Below are positions 1 to 10,507 of a stretch of 64,000 nt of DNA, one piece after another. Numbering within the stretch: the stretch's first letter is position 1; each line of letters begins with the position of its first letter. The translations under genes were made by a program, and so were the position numbers. The notes under the pieces were generated by a model that ran no database searches, had not been told where the DNA came from, and saw nothing but the letters and a program-made list of their open reading frames with translations. The DNA is from a virus, in IMG/VR virus record IMGVR_UViG_3300035670_000058, positions 32,001-96,000 of that record. The stretch is one strand, 5' to 3'.

Positions 1-1959
1 ATCTACCGTACTCCGCATACCACATATTCAGAATTTGCACAAAGTCAGGCAATTATCAGGGCCAAGTATACTGCAAGAGCCAACGTAAGAGCATCGATCA
101 AAAGAACTTCAGTCAAACACTCTCAAGCAAATGCGCTTATTTTCCATCCACAAGGTTTTGGACAAGCACGGGCAACCGTCAAGAAGGGCGGTACTGGTGT
201 ATTCGCTCAAGCCAGTGCTTATATGCGTCTATATGTTGGCTATGCTCAGTCACGGGCTTGGATAACAACAGGGATACTCAAGAGCGCTCAAGCAACTACT
301 TATATACGACTTCCTGCTGGATACGCACTAGCACGAACAAGCATAAAAACAACATATCTTGGACATGCACAAGCCACAGGAGCGGTGCTGTTCTCTGGAA
401 TGTTTGCTCAAGCAAACGCTGACATTAAGCAAAAATATACCCAATCTGCACAAGCAAATGCGCTTATCAATTCTTATATTAAAGTTCAATTTGCTCAAGC
501 ACAAGCGGTTGTTTTCCAGATTATCATAACAAGTTTTGAATTAAGGGTTCTTGAGGTTGGAACGCTTCCAACCGCTGGAGTTTCTGCGATCTTCCTGCGA
601 ACACTTGTAAACAGGTCTACCTATAGAAGCGCACAATCTGCTGCATTGATCAGCAATATTTCAAAAGTTGCTTCTGGGCAGGGTGTGGGTTCTATAAGAA
701 CACATTATGCGCAATCAGGCCAATCGATGGCCTATATAAGTGCTTATGGAGTAAGTTACTTTGCTCAGGCTGAAGCAAGTATCCTAAAACTTGCTGGATA
801 TGGACAGGCACAAGCCTATTTACGTGCTTTTGATGTGGGGGCATTTGCCCAAGCACTTGCATATTCACTTGGTATGACATTTGTATACGGACAGGCACAT
901 GTGTATATACGTCCCTTGACGGGTTCTGCACAAGCAAACGCACAGATAAAATCCACCTCTACACCGCACGCAAATACACAGGCAATGATTGAGATTCAAC
1001 GTAGAGGCTATGCACAAACAGAAGCATGGATATTGGACACTATCTCTATCTATTCTGCTACGGCACAAGCGCAGATTATCTATCGTATGTGGTCATCAGC
1101 ACAAGCAATGACAGAAATCACACGCTATAAGTTTGGATGGGCTAATGCTCTTGCTCGTATTGCTGGTCAGGAGCATGGCAATGCTCAGGCTCTCATAAAA
1201 GCACCCTCTCTTGGACTAGCTCAAGTCGCTGCCTTTATTAAGAACAAATATACAACAATTATTTATAATAACTACCTGTTGCCGGGATATTTACAATCTA
1301 AATCTATGAATGATTCTACTAGAATTAAAATATCTGGAGTACCATACTTCGATGGGCAGGATTCTGAATATATAGGCTTGGAGAATAAGACAATCTCATT
1401 GAGGTTCAAATTAGTGGGAGATACACTAGATAGTATGAAAACTCAAGCTACAACGGCTTCTACGATGGTGTGGAGTGCAAGAACTCAATCTAAATTGTAT
1501 ATTCATGCATTGGATAAATATTATCTTGCAGTTCCAAAATCATTCAAGATGGAGCCTTCCGCTTCTGAGCGTACACTGGATTATAGCGTTGACTTCAACG
1601 CCCAGCCTTGGCTTTATAGCGACGTTATAAATACGATTACAGGAACAACCTCTTTAGTAACGACAGGACGTACCATCGTTGATGGTGTTGCTACTCCAGC
1701 AGTAGTGATTATCTCAGGAACAGATGTCACTGTTTCAGGATATACCTCAGATGGCTCATGTACAGGATATTTTGCTACCTCTGGTAGTGTTTCTAACTTG
1801 ATTATCAATTCAGAGGAGTATTCAGCAACAATAAACGGAGTTAACAGAAACGATATTATGAGAAATCTAGACTATCAAATCTATGTGGGCCAGGGAATTA
1901 CGTACTTCGATATAACAGGAGCCACTAGTGCAGAAATTTCTTGGAGGAATAGGTGGTAA
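1..1959 (+). CDS. Tail protein, 5'-truncated by the window edge: long Ala/Gln repeat region plus C-terminal distal-tail (Dit)-like domain
   Basis: Frame of the 223..1959 ORF is open from base 1; recurring AQAxA motifs; last ~240 aa resemble Dit proteins (YSVDFNAQPW, ISWRNRW end); directly upstream of a Tal-like gene. Confidence 0.6.
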   Translation: MYRTPHTTYSEFAQSQAIIRAKYTARANVRASIKRTSVKHSQANALIFHPQGFGQARATVKKGGTGVFAQASAYMRLYVGYAQSRAWITTGILKSAQATTYIRLPAGYALARTSIKTTYLGHAQATGAVLFSGMFAQANADIKQKYTQSAQANALINSYIKVQFAQAQAVVFQIIITSFELRVLEVGTLPTAGVSAIFLRTLVNRSTYRSAQSAALISNISKVASGQGVGSIRTHYAQSGQSMAYISAYGVSYFAQAEASILKLAGYGQAQAYLRAFDVGAFAQALAYSLGMTFVYGQAHVYIRPLTGSAQANAQIKSTSTPHANTQAMIEIQRRGYAQTEAWILDTISIYSATAQAQIIYRMWSSAQAMTEITRYKFGWANALARIAGQEHGNAQALIKAPSLGLAQVAAFIKNKYTTIIYNNYLLPGYLQSKSMNDSTRIKISGVPYFDGQDSEYIGLENKTISLRFKLVGDTLDSMKTQATTASTMVWSARTQSKLYIHALDKYYLAVPKSFKMEPSASERTLDYSVDFNAQPWLYSDVINTITGTTSLVTTGRTIVDGVATPAVVIISGTDVTVSGYTSDGSCTGYFATSGSVSNLIINSEEYSATINGVNRNDIMRNLDYQIYVGQGITYFDITGATSAEISWRNRW

Positions 1960-1962
1960 ATT

Positions 1963-4900
1963 ATGCTTCAAATTAGACTGACTGATAGCGCGGGTAATAA
2001 TCCGATCATTTTGGAGAAAGCAGATAATAAGATTTACAATAAAGCTTTGAGTTCTGCCGATGAGGGCATCTCTTTTGAGTACCCTAAAAATGACAGCAAA
2101 TCAGCCTACCTTAATCCTTATGATTCTGCATCATATACGCGCCTGTGGGAAGTATGGAATACACGAACCAATAAGCGGCTTAATTTCGGTCCTATTACCA
2201 CCATCTCAGATGGCCCAGAAGCCTACCAGGTGGACGGTGACGGGCGTTCTGCCCTGCTGAACGACTACTATACGTCGATTAAAACATTTTATGGAAGAAT
2301 AGATTATATCGTGGAAGAAATGCGGTATGAGAATGTTGCTGTTTCTCCATCAAGTTCTGTCTTTATCCATAATCAAGACGAAGACGATGCCGATATGAAT
2401 GCTGTTCTAGGTATGTGGGCTTATCCATCTAATACATTTTTGGGGGAAGATAGGTATTATAATATAAGCAAATACTCTAAAGATTTTATTATTGATGAGC
2501 AAACAGGGTATATTCCGCTAGGGAAGATAGAGCCACCTAGAACATTCTCAACCACAAGTGAATACTGGACTGGTGCTGGTCCCTTTGATGCTGTTCTTAT
2601 AGATTTTGGTGCAGAATACGATATTTCCAGATTAAAACTTCTGTTTCCTTGGTGGGGAGGACCACAACGGGCAACCAATAGGACGTATGATTTCAAACTT
2701 GTTGGATACCCCGAAGGGAGTTGGAAAACGATCTATAATAGGGGTTTGGGTGATCCTATAGAATACTTAGACTCTTACTACCTATTAGGTGGTGTAAGTC
2801 GTATTGTAACTACTCCAGAGCGTCCCTATGAATTTTATGTTGGGACAACTGCAAGTGGCCTTGGAACACAGATAAACAGTTTTAATATTTTAGGTGGTTA
2901 TCAAAGTCCTCCATCGATTCGTTACTTAAAAATAGAAATTCAAGATGTGCATGCGTGGTTTGGTACTGATAATGATGCCAAGGCTGCACATGAAGGTTAC
3001 CCATATCAGTGTGAGCCTAGTTATCGCCCCGGTGATGATAGTTATTTTGGAAATAAGTTGGGGCTAATGACATATAAAAACAAAAATGGTGTTCTAAAAG
3101 AACGAAAAATTTCAGATGAGGTAATTAAGCCAAGCAATGATTGTAATGCTTCGGTTGTAGAATTAGGAGCTTATAAGGAGATTATCCCTAAAAATACTAT
3201 TAAACCACTAGCATTGCAGCGAATTGACAACAATAGTATGCAAATTGAGTATAGTCATTATCCACGCGGCTCAGAAATGACAAAAATTACTATTGATGAC
3301 AAACATTATCGTAAATTTGAACCCGGTACGTTTTTTAGGAAGTTTAAAATATCGTGGACTGGAGCAGATAATACCTACTATAAATTTTATAAGAAAGATT
3401 GCGATCAATGTTATCCAGATGGGTTCTCTTTTGGTGTTGTAGATGATGATAATAGTCTTATCTACTCTTCAGACAACTCCAGTGGTACAGATATCAACGT
3501 AAAAGGCAAGCAGTATACAAAACATATCCGAACAAGGGGTTCAAATACTTCAGAGGTCACTTGGGTAGATGCATGGAAAGGAATTACTGATCCTATGTCT
3601 TGGGGAGGAACGTATTCTTATTCTGAATATCAAAATGACTATTTTGTAGTGAGTTTCAGGGGAGAATCCTTAAAATGGTATGCAACGATACCAAGTGATA
3701 AAACCGGATCAAGAGTTAAAATTGAAATAAGACATAGACTTAACTCAGAATATAATAGAAGTTCTTCAAGTGTGGACCAACTTGTAGAAGATATACAATG
3801 GGCACTTGATCATAGCGAACCCTTACCACCTATTGAAATTGTAGATGGTAACCCACTATTTTGGAGTGACTGGACTGTTTTAGAGGCTGACTATCAACTA
3901 CCCAATAATGTATCAAGTTCTGTAGTTTATGAAATCCCTTATAATGCTGGAATACTAGAATCTGAAACAAGTTATCAAATAAAGGTTACCTTACTTACTG
4001 ATGGGTATTGTTCAATTGACTCGTTTGAGGGCTACTGGTCAGCCTCATTCACTGAATATAATGAGGATAGTTCCAGAATTGTACTCAGTAAGCCGGATGT
4101 TTTCAAGCAAATCTATAACAAGAAATTTACTGCTGGATCAATGTACAAATGGAATAAGCCGGGGGCTGCTGCTTCGATGCAGTTTGAGGGTGATCGTATC
4201 ATCATTCAGTCAGCAAAAGGAAGGCAGCATGGAAAATTGACACTTATTTTGCTTACCTATGAAGATGGTATCAATGAGTATGATCCCGGTACAGAAAATC
4301 ACGTATTCATACCTACTTCTAAAGGCGGTGATCCATCTGATGGGAGCCTCACAGTCAATCTAAGCACAGGTAAACGTGGTCAGGAGTTTGCTAACTTTAT
4401 CATCTTCGATAGTAACGATATTTTCAGTGATGAGGGCGGACTTCCTTGGGGCAAGTACATGATGAAAATTATCTATACGCCATCTGAAAAATATACGGCT
4501 AGCAAGACAGATAATGGATCATCATCGTTCCAGTATCGTTGTCGTGATTGTGATGGAGAAACGGATGGCAAGACAACAAGCATCTATAGATATGTTTATC
4601 TGGATGCTATTGGTGTTCATGAGCGGGTTGGGGTATCAGTTAATTTTGAGCAGAAGCCTCATCTTGAAATTATTAAATCAATGGCAGAGGCAATCCAAGT
4701 TGAGTGGGATGCCGCAGAGTCTGGTTTGATCTTTGAGCCAAGACTTGGCATTGATAAGGATATTGCCTTACGTGAAAGTGAGAATACACTTGTTTCCTAC
4801 CAGATCACAAATGATCTGAAAAAGGTAGCAACACGTTTACTTGCATACGGATCGTCTATTGATGGACTTGACTTATTTACTATTACAGAAGACAAGAAAA

Positions 4901-5199
4901 CAAGGGAAGCATTCGGTCGAACAATTACCAGGCAGAATGACTTTAGGGATATTGCCAGTTATAGTCAACTCATAGGTTTGTCTAGAATGGAATTGAAGAG
5001 GCGAAACAAGCCAGAACGGAGAATAACCGTTACACACAGGGCAGAGGAACTTGATCTTGAACGCGGAGATTCCTTTATTCTATGGACAAAGAAATCAGGA
5101 AATCTAAGAGTTAGAATTGAGCATATCTCACGAAAGGAATCATCATCCTCAGGTACAACGTTTGATATGGAGTGTGTGGAATGGCCTCAGATCAGTTAA
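1963..5199 (+). CDS. Large minor tail / baseplate hub (Tal-like) protein with inserted beta-sandwich carbohydrate-binding domains
   Basis: 1078 aa after the Dit-like gene; discoidin-like motif (VLIDFGAEYDISRLKL), repeated FxGx(I/L) strands, hub-like C-terminus (ATRLLAYG, LERGDSF). Confidence 0.6.
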   Translation: MLQIRLTDSAGNNPIILEKADNKIYNKALSSADEGISFEYPKNDSKSAYLNPYDSASYTRLWEVWNTRTNKRLNFGPITTISDGPEAYQVDGDGRSALLNDYYTSIKTFYGRIDYIVEEMRYENVAVSPSSSVFIHNQDEDDADMNAVLGMWAYPSNTFLGEDRYYNISKYSKDFIIDEQTGYIPLGKIEPPRTFSTTSEYWTGAGPFDAVLIDFGAEYDISRLKLLFPWWGGPQRATNRTYDFKLVGYPEGSWKTIYNRGLGDPIEYLDSYYLLGGVSRIVTTPERPYEFYVGTTASGLGTQINSFNILGGYQSPPSIRYLKIEIQDVHAWFGTDNDAKAAHEGYPYQCEPSYRPGDDSYFGNKLGLMTYKNKNGVLKERKISDEVIKPSNDCNASVVELGAYKEIIPKNTIKPLALQRIDNNSMQIEYSHYPRGSEMTKITIDDKHYRKFEPGTFFRKFKISWTGADNTYYKFYKKDCDQCYPDGFSFGVVDDDNSLIYSSDNSSGTDINVKGKQYTKHIRTRGSNTSEVTWVDAWKGITDPMSWGGTYSYSEYQNDYFVVSFRGESLKWYATIPSDKTGSRVKIEIRHRLNSEYNRSSSSVDQLVEDIQWALDHSEPLPPIEIVDGNPLFWSDWTVLEADYQLPNNVSSSVVYEIPYNAGILESETSYQIKVTLLTDGYCSIDSFEGYWSASFTEYNEDSSRIVLSKPDVFKQIYNKKFTAGSMYKWNKPGAAASMQFEGDRIIIQSAKGRQHGKLTLILLTYEDGINEYDPGTENHVFIPTSKGGDPSDGSLTVNLSTGKRGQEFANFIIFDSNDIFSDEGGLPWGKYMMKIIYTPSEKYTASKTDNGSSSFQYRCRDCDGETDGKTTSIYRYVYLDAIGVHERVGVSVNFEQKPHLEIIKSMAEAIQVEWDAAESGLIFEPRLGIDKDIALRESENTLVSYQITNDLKKVATRLLAYGSSIDGLDLFTITEDKKTREAFGRTITRQNDFRDIASYSQLIGLSRMELKRRNKPERRITVTHRAEELDLERGDSFILWTKKSGNLRVRIEHISRKESSSSGTTFDMECVEWPQIS

Positions 5200-6224
5200 A
5201 TGAAGTTGGAAAATACATCAAAAAAAGTAGAACAGATGCAGATTATGCACTGAAAAAGGTACGCCCCAATCGTCCAACGGTAGAGCGCACACGGGATATC
5301 TTTGATATAGACATCCCATTCAGTATGCAATTTGAAGTCAAAGACACCCAGAAGAGCATTTCCCTTGATCTGGAATTTAATAAACCTCCACCGCAAAGCA
5401 ATTGTTTTTCTGATATTGACTGCCCGCGAGGTACGTGTGAGACATTCACACTTTCTGCTGGAGAACATGAGATAACATTAGCATATGGTATTCACCCTAT
5501 TAATGAGTTATTTCAAGTTTATGTCAATGGACAACCTTGGGCTACATCACAGTACGCTATACTTTCAAAAGGTGGCCTAGACACACCAGCAACAGTATTA
5601 GTTGCAAATCTTCCTCTAGCCTCTAATACAGTAGTTATCTGCTATATGATCTACTGTCTTGGTGAACTTTATACCGGTCAGGCATTTGGTGCTTTGCTTA
5701 GAAGTAATCATACTGAATGGGAATGGAATGGTGATCAACCACCGGCAGGATGGTATCCAGAACCAGCAATTGGTCCAGTTCATTATGAGGGTAATACTAT
5801 CGTTATTGATCAATCAATATATGCACGGGTTGAGGCATATGCCAACTACGCTCTTGCTCCCGGTCGATGTACAACAGACTGGCCTCCCGGTGGGTGTGAC
5901 TGCGGGAGAGGGGTAATCATTAATGTTAGTCTTGATCCATTCGTAAGCGATACTCTTAGATGGCCGTGTGGTTTATACTATGTTTCTGGTGATTGGCATT
6001 ATGATCAATATATGTATCTTCCAGCAGGAACACGTATTAGCGGCTCTTTTAGTATGCCAAGTCCACCAGAGGTTGGGGGTTGGGGATGGCAGTGGTGGGA
6101 AGTCAATGAAAGTTGGGTCAGGGTAGGAAGACTTCGAACGTACTTTCCAAATGAGGGCGGCTCTAAAGGTGTATGGGGGTATTGGGACGGAGCAGAGGCT
6201 TGTACACAAGGGGATTGTGTTTAA
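5181..6224 (+). CDS. Putative tail fibre / receptor-binding protein
   Basis: Tail module context; Cys/Trp-rich; N-terminus similar to next gene (NExGK...RDIFD...F..PPP..NC). Confidence 0.5.
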   Translation: MASDQLNEVGKYIKKSRTDADYALKKVRPNRPTVERTRDIFDIDIPFSMQFEVKDTQKSISLDLEFNKPPPQSNCFSDIDCPRGTCETFTLSAGEHEITLAYGIHPINELFQVYVNGQPWATSQYAILSKGGLDTPATVLVANLPLASNTVVICYMIYCLGELYTGQAFGALLRSNHTEWEWNGDQPPAGWYPEPAIGPVHYEGNTIVIDQSIYARVEAYANYALAPGRCTTDWPPGGCDCGRGVIINVSLDPFVSDTLRWPCGLYYVSGDWHYDQYMYLPAGTRISGSFSMPSPPEVGGWGWQWWEVNESWVRVGRLRTYFPNEGGSKGVWGYWDGAEACTQGDCV

Positions 6225-6764
6225 ATGGATACTGTGAACGAACTAGGTAAATCTCTTAATAAAATAGCCAAAAACGCTAAACAAGCCGTTGAAAAGCAGT
6301 CGGCTGAATACCCCATGACTGAAACAGTTCGTGATATCTTTGACAGCATTGTCGCATATAGGGCACACTTTTTTGTTCCAAGAAAAGGAATGAGTATTAC
6401 GACTGATCTTCAATTTGAATTACCGCCCCCATTGGGATCGGGTAATTGTTGTGGAGATTGTTTCTGTACTGCTTGTGAGGTATATTCAACATCTGATTTT
6501 GCTGACTACGTGGGGTATACTTCATATCCCTATTTACCGGGGACATTGAGAATAGTTGATTCCCATAAACCACTTAATTCAGCAGTAAATGAAACTGATC
6601 CCGCTTCTGGTATCTTTACCTTAGGGTATGATCCAGATACTTCAAGTAGTTCTTATGTTTTATATGCTTGTTATATCTATCAATATGATGGACATTGTAC
6701 TACAAATCCTACGGAACCAACAGAAGTTTTAATTTATGGTCAAGGAATGGCACAAATTTCATAA
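6225..6764 (+). CDS. Putative tail protein with N-terminus paralogous to 5181..6224
   Basis: Shared N-terminal motifs; abuts previous stop codon. Confidence 0.5.
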   Translation: MDTVNELGKSLNKIAKNAKQAVEKQSAEYPMTETVRDIFDSIVAYRAHFFVPRKGMSITTDLQFELPPPLGSGNCCGDCFCTACEVYSTSDFADYVGYTSYPYLPGTLRIVDSHKPLNSAVNETDPASGIFTLGYDPDTSSSSYVLYACYIYQYDGHCTTNPTEPTEVLIYGQGMAQIS

Positions 6765-6776
6765 GGAGGTGAAGGT

Positions 6777-6995
6777 ATGGCAGCAGTTTACCCTACAGGA
6801 ATACGGGTTTATATTGATGAAGAAGATGTTACGTATTGGATATTTGGTTCAGATACAATCGAAATCAATGATCTTGAGTATAGATTCCAAGGGATTGACC
6901 TATCCCCCTTCTGTGCAGAGCCGGGGGATCATAAATTAGAAATCACCTGTGATACAGGTGTTGGACGTGTTGAAGCGAGGATTCAAATAGAATGA
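6777..6995 (+). CDS. Small hypothetical virion-module protein
   Basis: Strong SD TAAGGAGGTGA upstream. Confidence 0.6.
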   Translation: MAAVYPTGIRVYIDEEDVTYWIFGSDTIEINDLEYRFQGIDLSPFCAEPGDHKLEITCDTGVGRVEARIQIE

Positions 6996-7291
6996 AAAGC
7001 GATGCATACGTATTATTCACGGCAGAGGCTGAAAAGGCACGACAAGCATACGCCCAAGGTAAACGGATAGCCAAGCCTACAACAAAACCACAGTATGAAC
7101 TACTAAATACTGTAAGTTTAGTTGAAGCAGTCCACTTTGCCCAGAAAAATGGCTGGAAAGATAAGAAAGTTCAAGTCAAATCTTTCAGAATCAACGATAC
7201 TGAGATGGAATATATCGTAGAACCCTTCGAAACGGACTGCAAGTGCCCCAATCTGCTACGCTATGACGATTATTTTGGTGGGGGAGAATAG
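6992..7291 (+). CDS. Hypothetical protein
   Basis: ATGA overlap with previous gene. Confidence 0.55.
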   Translation: MKSDAYVLFTAEAEKARQAYAQGKRIAKPTTKPQYELLNTVSLVEAVHFAQKNGWKDKKVQVKSFRINDTEMEYIVEPFETDCKCPNLLRYDDYFGGGE

Positions 7292-7315
7292 ACACCTATA
7301 GTAAGGAGAAGGTTA

Positions 7316-8533
7316 GTGAAGATTTTCTATGTGGGGGATAGCCCCACAGTACCGACAGGATTTGGACAGGTGAGCAAGAATTTGCTCAGGCGTTTTATGG
7401 AACGGGGATACGAAGTCGAGGTTATGGGCATCAATAGTTTTGGTGAACCATATGACCGAGAAGAATTCCCCTATAATATCTGGCCGTGTGACAAGGGACC
7501 AATAGAGATGCTGTATGGCTACGCCAAAATGTGGCATATCGCCTCAAGGGTGAAGCCTGACATCATCTTCTTTTTGAATGATCCTTGGGTGATTGAACGC
7601 TACCTAGATCACAAGCCAGAAAGTTTTGCTGATGCCCATGTGAAATATATTGCATACTATCCGATTGACTCAGGACCGCTCAAGCCGCACTGGGCTAAGA
7701 TGCTTACTGAGAAGTTTGATGCACAGGTATGCTACTCTAATTTTGCTGAGCGCGTCATCATTGATGCCAACGAAGGAAAGAGGCCGGATAATCTGTACCA
7801 GATTTATCACGGTGTGGACACCAAGACATTCTTTCCTGTGGTGCAGGGACTCGCCCGTGCCAAGTTGGGACTTCCCCAAGATGATTTCATTGTAGGCATG
7901 GTGGCCCGCAACCAGTACAGAAAGCGCTTTGATATTTTGATAAAGGCTTTTGCTGAGTTTACAAAGAATAAAAAGAATGTACGCCTTTATCTGCACACAG
8001 CACTAGCCGATGTAGGGTTTGATATCCTTGATATTGCCAGACAATTCAACCTAGATGATAAACTTATTCTCACCGAGGATATGCGATTACCTGAGGGTGT
8101 ACCTGACTGGCAGTTGAATCTGATCTACAACACGTTTGATGTGAATGTTCTTCTAAGTTTAGGTGATGGATTTGGACTACCTGTAGCAGAGTCTATGGCC
8201 GTAGGATGTCCTCAACTTGTATCGGATCACTCCTGTTTGAAGGAGTTAGTAGACGGGCATGGTGGGTTAACTGTCAAGACTGCAACTTGGCTGCTCAATG
8301 TTTCAGGTATCAACACATGGGGTGGTGTACCTGATGTGGATGATGCTATTGCAAAGTTAGAATTACTCTACGATAATAGAGCTCTCCGTGTAAAGATGGC
8401 CGAGGATGCTTATCATTTCATTACGCAGGATAAGTTCAATTGGGATCATATTGCAGACCAATTTGATGAGGTCATCCGCAAGACGGCTCATATACTTCCC
8501 CGTACTTTGGCGGGGGTAGGAGCGGGTTACTAA
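7316..8533 (+). CDS. GT-B fold glycosyltransferase (GT4-like)
   Basis: N-terminal DSPTVPTGFG, HGVD, VARNQYRKRFD, DGFGLPVAESMAVGCP donor-binding motif. Confidence 0.9.
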   Translation: MKIFYVGDSPTVPTGFGQVSKNLLRRFMERGYEVEVMGINSFGEPYDREEFPYNIWPCDKGPIEMLYGYAKMWHIASRVKPDIIFFLNDPWVIERYLDHKPESFADAHVKYIAYYPIDSGPLKPHWAKMLTEKFDAQVCYSNFAERVIIDANEGKRPDNLYQIYHGVDTKTFFPVVQGLARAKLGLPQDDFIVGMVARNQYRKRFDILIKAFAEFTKNKKNVRLYLHTALADVGFDILDIARQFNLDDKLILTEDMRLPEGVPDWQLNLIYNTFDVNVLLSLGDGFGLPVAESMAVGCPQLVSDHSCLKELVDGHGGLTVKTATWLLNVSGINTWGGVPDVDDAIAKLELLYDNRALRVKMAEDAYHFITQDKFNWDHIADQFDEVIRKTAHILPRTLAGVGAGY

Positions 8534-9345
8534 TGTACCAGATTACGTGGAAGTCTTCACCCAACAAGTGGACAGGCAGGAGTGGGTACCAGCCTATTGC
8601 GATTGTTAATCACCGCATGGTTGGATACCTACCCGGTACTGATGCTACTTTTTTAAATCCTGATAACGATGTATCCGCACACTTTGGCATAGGCTATCGA
8701 ACAGCAGGGGGACCCGTTCGTATTTCTCAATACGTCGATTTGTCTGATAGTGCTTGGGCTAATGGAAACTATGATCCCTCAGGAGGATGGCCGCTAGTAA
8801 AAAAGACTGCGGCTGGAACAGTTATCAATCCTAACTACTATACTATCAGTATAGAGCATGAAGATGGTGGACCTAATGACGGTGTAGTAACCCAGGCTGT
8901 AAAGGATGCATCCTGCTGGCTACAAACTATCATGTTATCAGGTGATATAGATTTGATGCGCTACGTTGGTATAGCGATACGGGATGTGGCTACGGCTACA
9001 GCACTAAAGGCTCTACCGCCGGCGCAGGAAACAATCATTGATCACAATAGAATATCAGGTAAACTTAAGCCCTACTGCTGGCGACCGTACAAGAATGATA
9101 CGGGCGGATTTCCAGCATGGCAACCAACGTTAATTAAACAATTACGAGGAAGCGAAATGGCAATACAGGACACTCTAGCACTGCTGGAGCAACAGATCAC
9201 AGAGTTGGAGAACCAGCGCAACGCTGCTGTTCTTGAGGCAGCACAGTCTAAAAGTAAACTTGACTCAGCAAAGATAATGGCTGATCAAATTGATATCAAG
9301 TCATCTGAAATTAACAGTCTTGCCAAGCAGATCAAGGCTTTATAA
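8533..9345 (+). CDS. Endolysin, N-acetylmuramoyl-L-alanine amidase with C-terminal coiled coil
   Basis: AIVNH, VSAHFGI, AWANG, TISIEHE, IIDH motifs of Amidase_2 family; lysis-cassette position. Confidence 0.8.
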   Translation: MYQITWKSSPNKWTGRSGYQPIAIVNHRMVGYLPGTDATFLNPDNDVSAHFGIGYRTAGGPVRISQYVDLSDSAWANGNYDPSGGWPLVKKTAAGTVINPNYYTISIEHEDGGPNDGVVTQAVKDASCWLQTIMLSGDIDLMRYVGIAIRDVATATALKALPPAQETIIDHNRISGKLKPYCWRPYKNDTGGFPAWQPTLIKQLRGSEMAIQDTLALLEQQITELENQRNAAVLEAAQSKSKLDSAKIMADQIDIKSSEINSLAKQIKAL

Positions 9346-9359
9346 GGGGGTGATGATAG

Positions 9360-9992
9360 TTGGCTTTACCGCACACAAAGAATATCTTTGACTATCCGCC
9401 CCGGTTTCAATTCGGGCAATCAGGGGCACCGTGCAACGGTCAATCATGTTGCACAGATACTTGTATCCAGATGATAGTAGATTTCTACAAGGATGATCAC
9501 AACTCCTTGGCAGAGATTCGACGCAAGGCACAGAATAAATATGCATTCGATGAGCGTCCATGCACTGGCATCAACCACCTTGAAGCGCTTAATGCACTAT
9601 CCCAGTATGGCTTAGGACATTACAAAGCTGGCTTCGGTGTTGATGCCGGCGATGTATGGAATTATGTTGCTACTGGACCTGTACTTGTAGGTGTCTGGTA
9701 CGGAAGTTATCCGAATGAGCATGGATATTGTGGTGGGATAAAAGCAGAATACGAGGGCAGAACTGACTGTGGATTCAGAGGAACCCATGCTGTTCTTGCA
9801 ATAGGGCGACGTTGGCATAACGGGCATCGTGATATCTATGTACGTGACCCAGATCATAACTCTCCGTCACGACCAGAGCGACCCAAGTATGATATCGTTC
9901 GTCTTCCTGACTTGAATAGAGCAATGCGGAATATTGTTCCGTATTCACCATTCACGAATACTTATGCAATTTACCCTACACGAAGAAAATAG
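9360..9992 (+). CDS. Papain-like (C39-like) cysteine peptidase
   Basis: Q..SC catalytic Cys region, HAVLAIG His, YVRDP Asp. Confidence 0.65.
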   Translation: MALPHTKNIFDYPPRFQFGQSGAPCNGQSCCTDTCIQMIVDFYKDDHNSLAEIRRKAQNKYAFDERPCTGINHLEALNALSQYGLGHYKAGFGVDAGDVWNYVATGPVLVGVWYGSYPNEHGYCGGIKAEYEGRTDCGFRGTHAVLAIGRRWHNGHRDIYVRDPDHNSPSRPERPKYDIVRLPDLNRAMRNIVPYSPFTNTYAIYPTRRK

Positions 9993-10001
9993 GAGGTTAT
10001 T

Positions 10002-10286
10002 ATGTCATTGTTTGGTTGGCTAGAAAAGATTCCTTTCTGGCGTGATCTACCGTACCCAACAAAAGGAGCGCTGCTACGAGCCATGAAGGCTGCACTGTCA
10101 GTGTTTGTTGGTGTCTTGGTTGCAGCTTTAGCTCAGGGGATTCTTCTTCCACCTGAGTCAAGTCCTTGGATTGTTCTCATTGTTACTGCTGTATTGCAGG
10201 GTGTTGATAAATTCTTGCGCGAGCAGCAAATTGCAGCAGAGGCGGATGCAAATCCCGGTCCTCTCACAGATAATCCCACTCCGTAA
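10002..10286 (+). CDS. Putative holin
   Basis: 94 aa, two hydrophobic segments, SD AGGAGG, follows lytic enzymes. Confidence 0.6.
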   Translation: MSLFGWLEKIPFWRDLPYPTKGALLRAMKAALSVFVGVLVAALAQGILLPPESSPWIVLIVTAVLQGVDKFLREQQIAAEADANPGPLTDNPTP

Positions 10287-10299
10287 GATGGAGACTACA

Positions 10300-10346
10300 A
10301 CGGGGCTGAGTGCTTTGTCCACTTGGCCCCGTTTTTTTTCTTTTTG
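10300..10346 (+). terminator. Intrinsic terminator ending the late/lysis operon
   Basis: ACGGGGCTGAGTG...CACTTGGCCCCGT followed by a long T run. Confidence 0.85.
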
Positions 10347-10348
10347 AC

Positions 10349-10378
10349 TTGAACCTAGGGGGTCCAACTCGTTATAAT
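10349..10378 (+). promoter_or_regulatory. Promoter, TTGAAC-N18-TATAAT class
   Basis: TTGAAC 10349-54, TATAAT 10373-78; same pattern recurs six more times in the window. Confidence 0.7.
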
Positions 10379-10507
10379 ATTTAGAGTATATAGAGTATGT
10401 ATAGTATATACTCTATAATGCTCAGAGCATAAGGAGTGGTGCCGTTGCACGAATCTAGTCCGATTTGAACCTAGCAAGCACGTTTTGCTACTTTAACCCT
10501 AAGCCCA

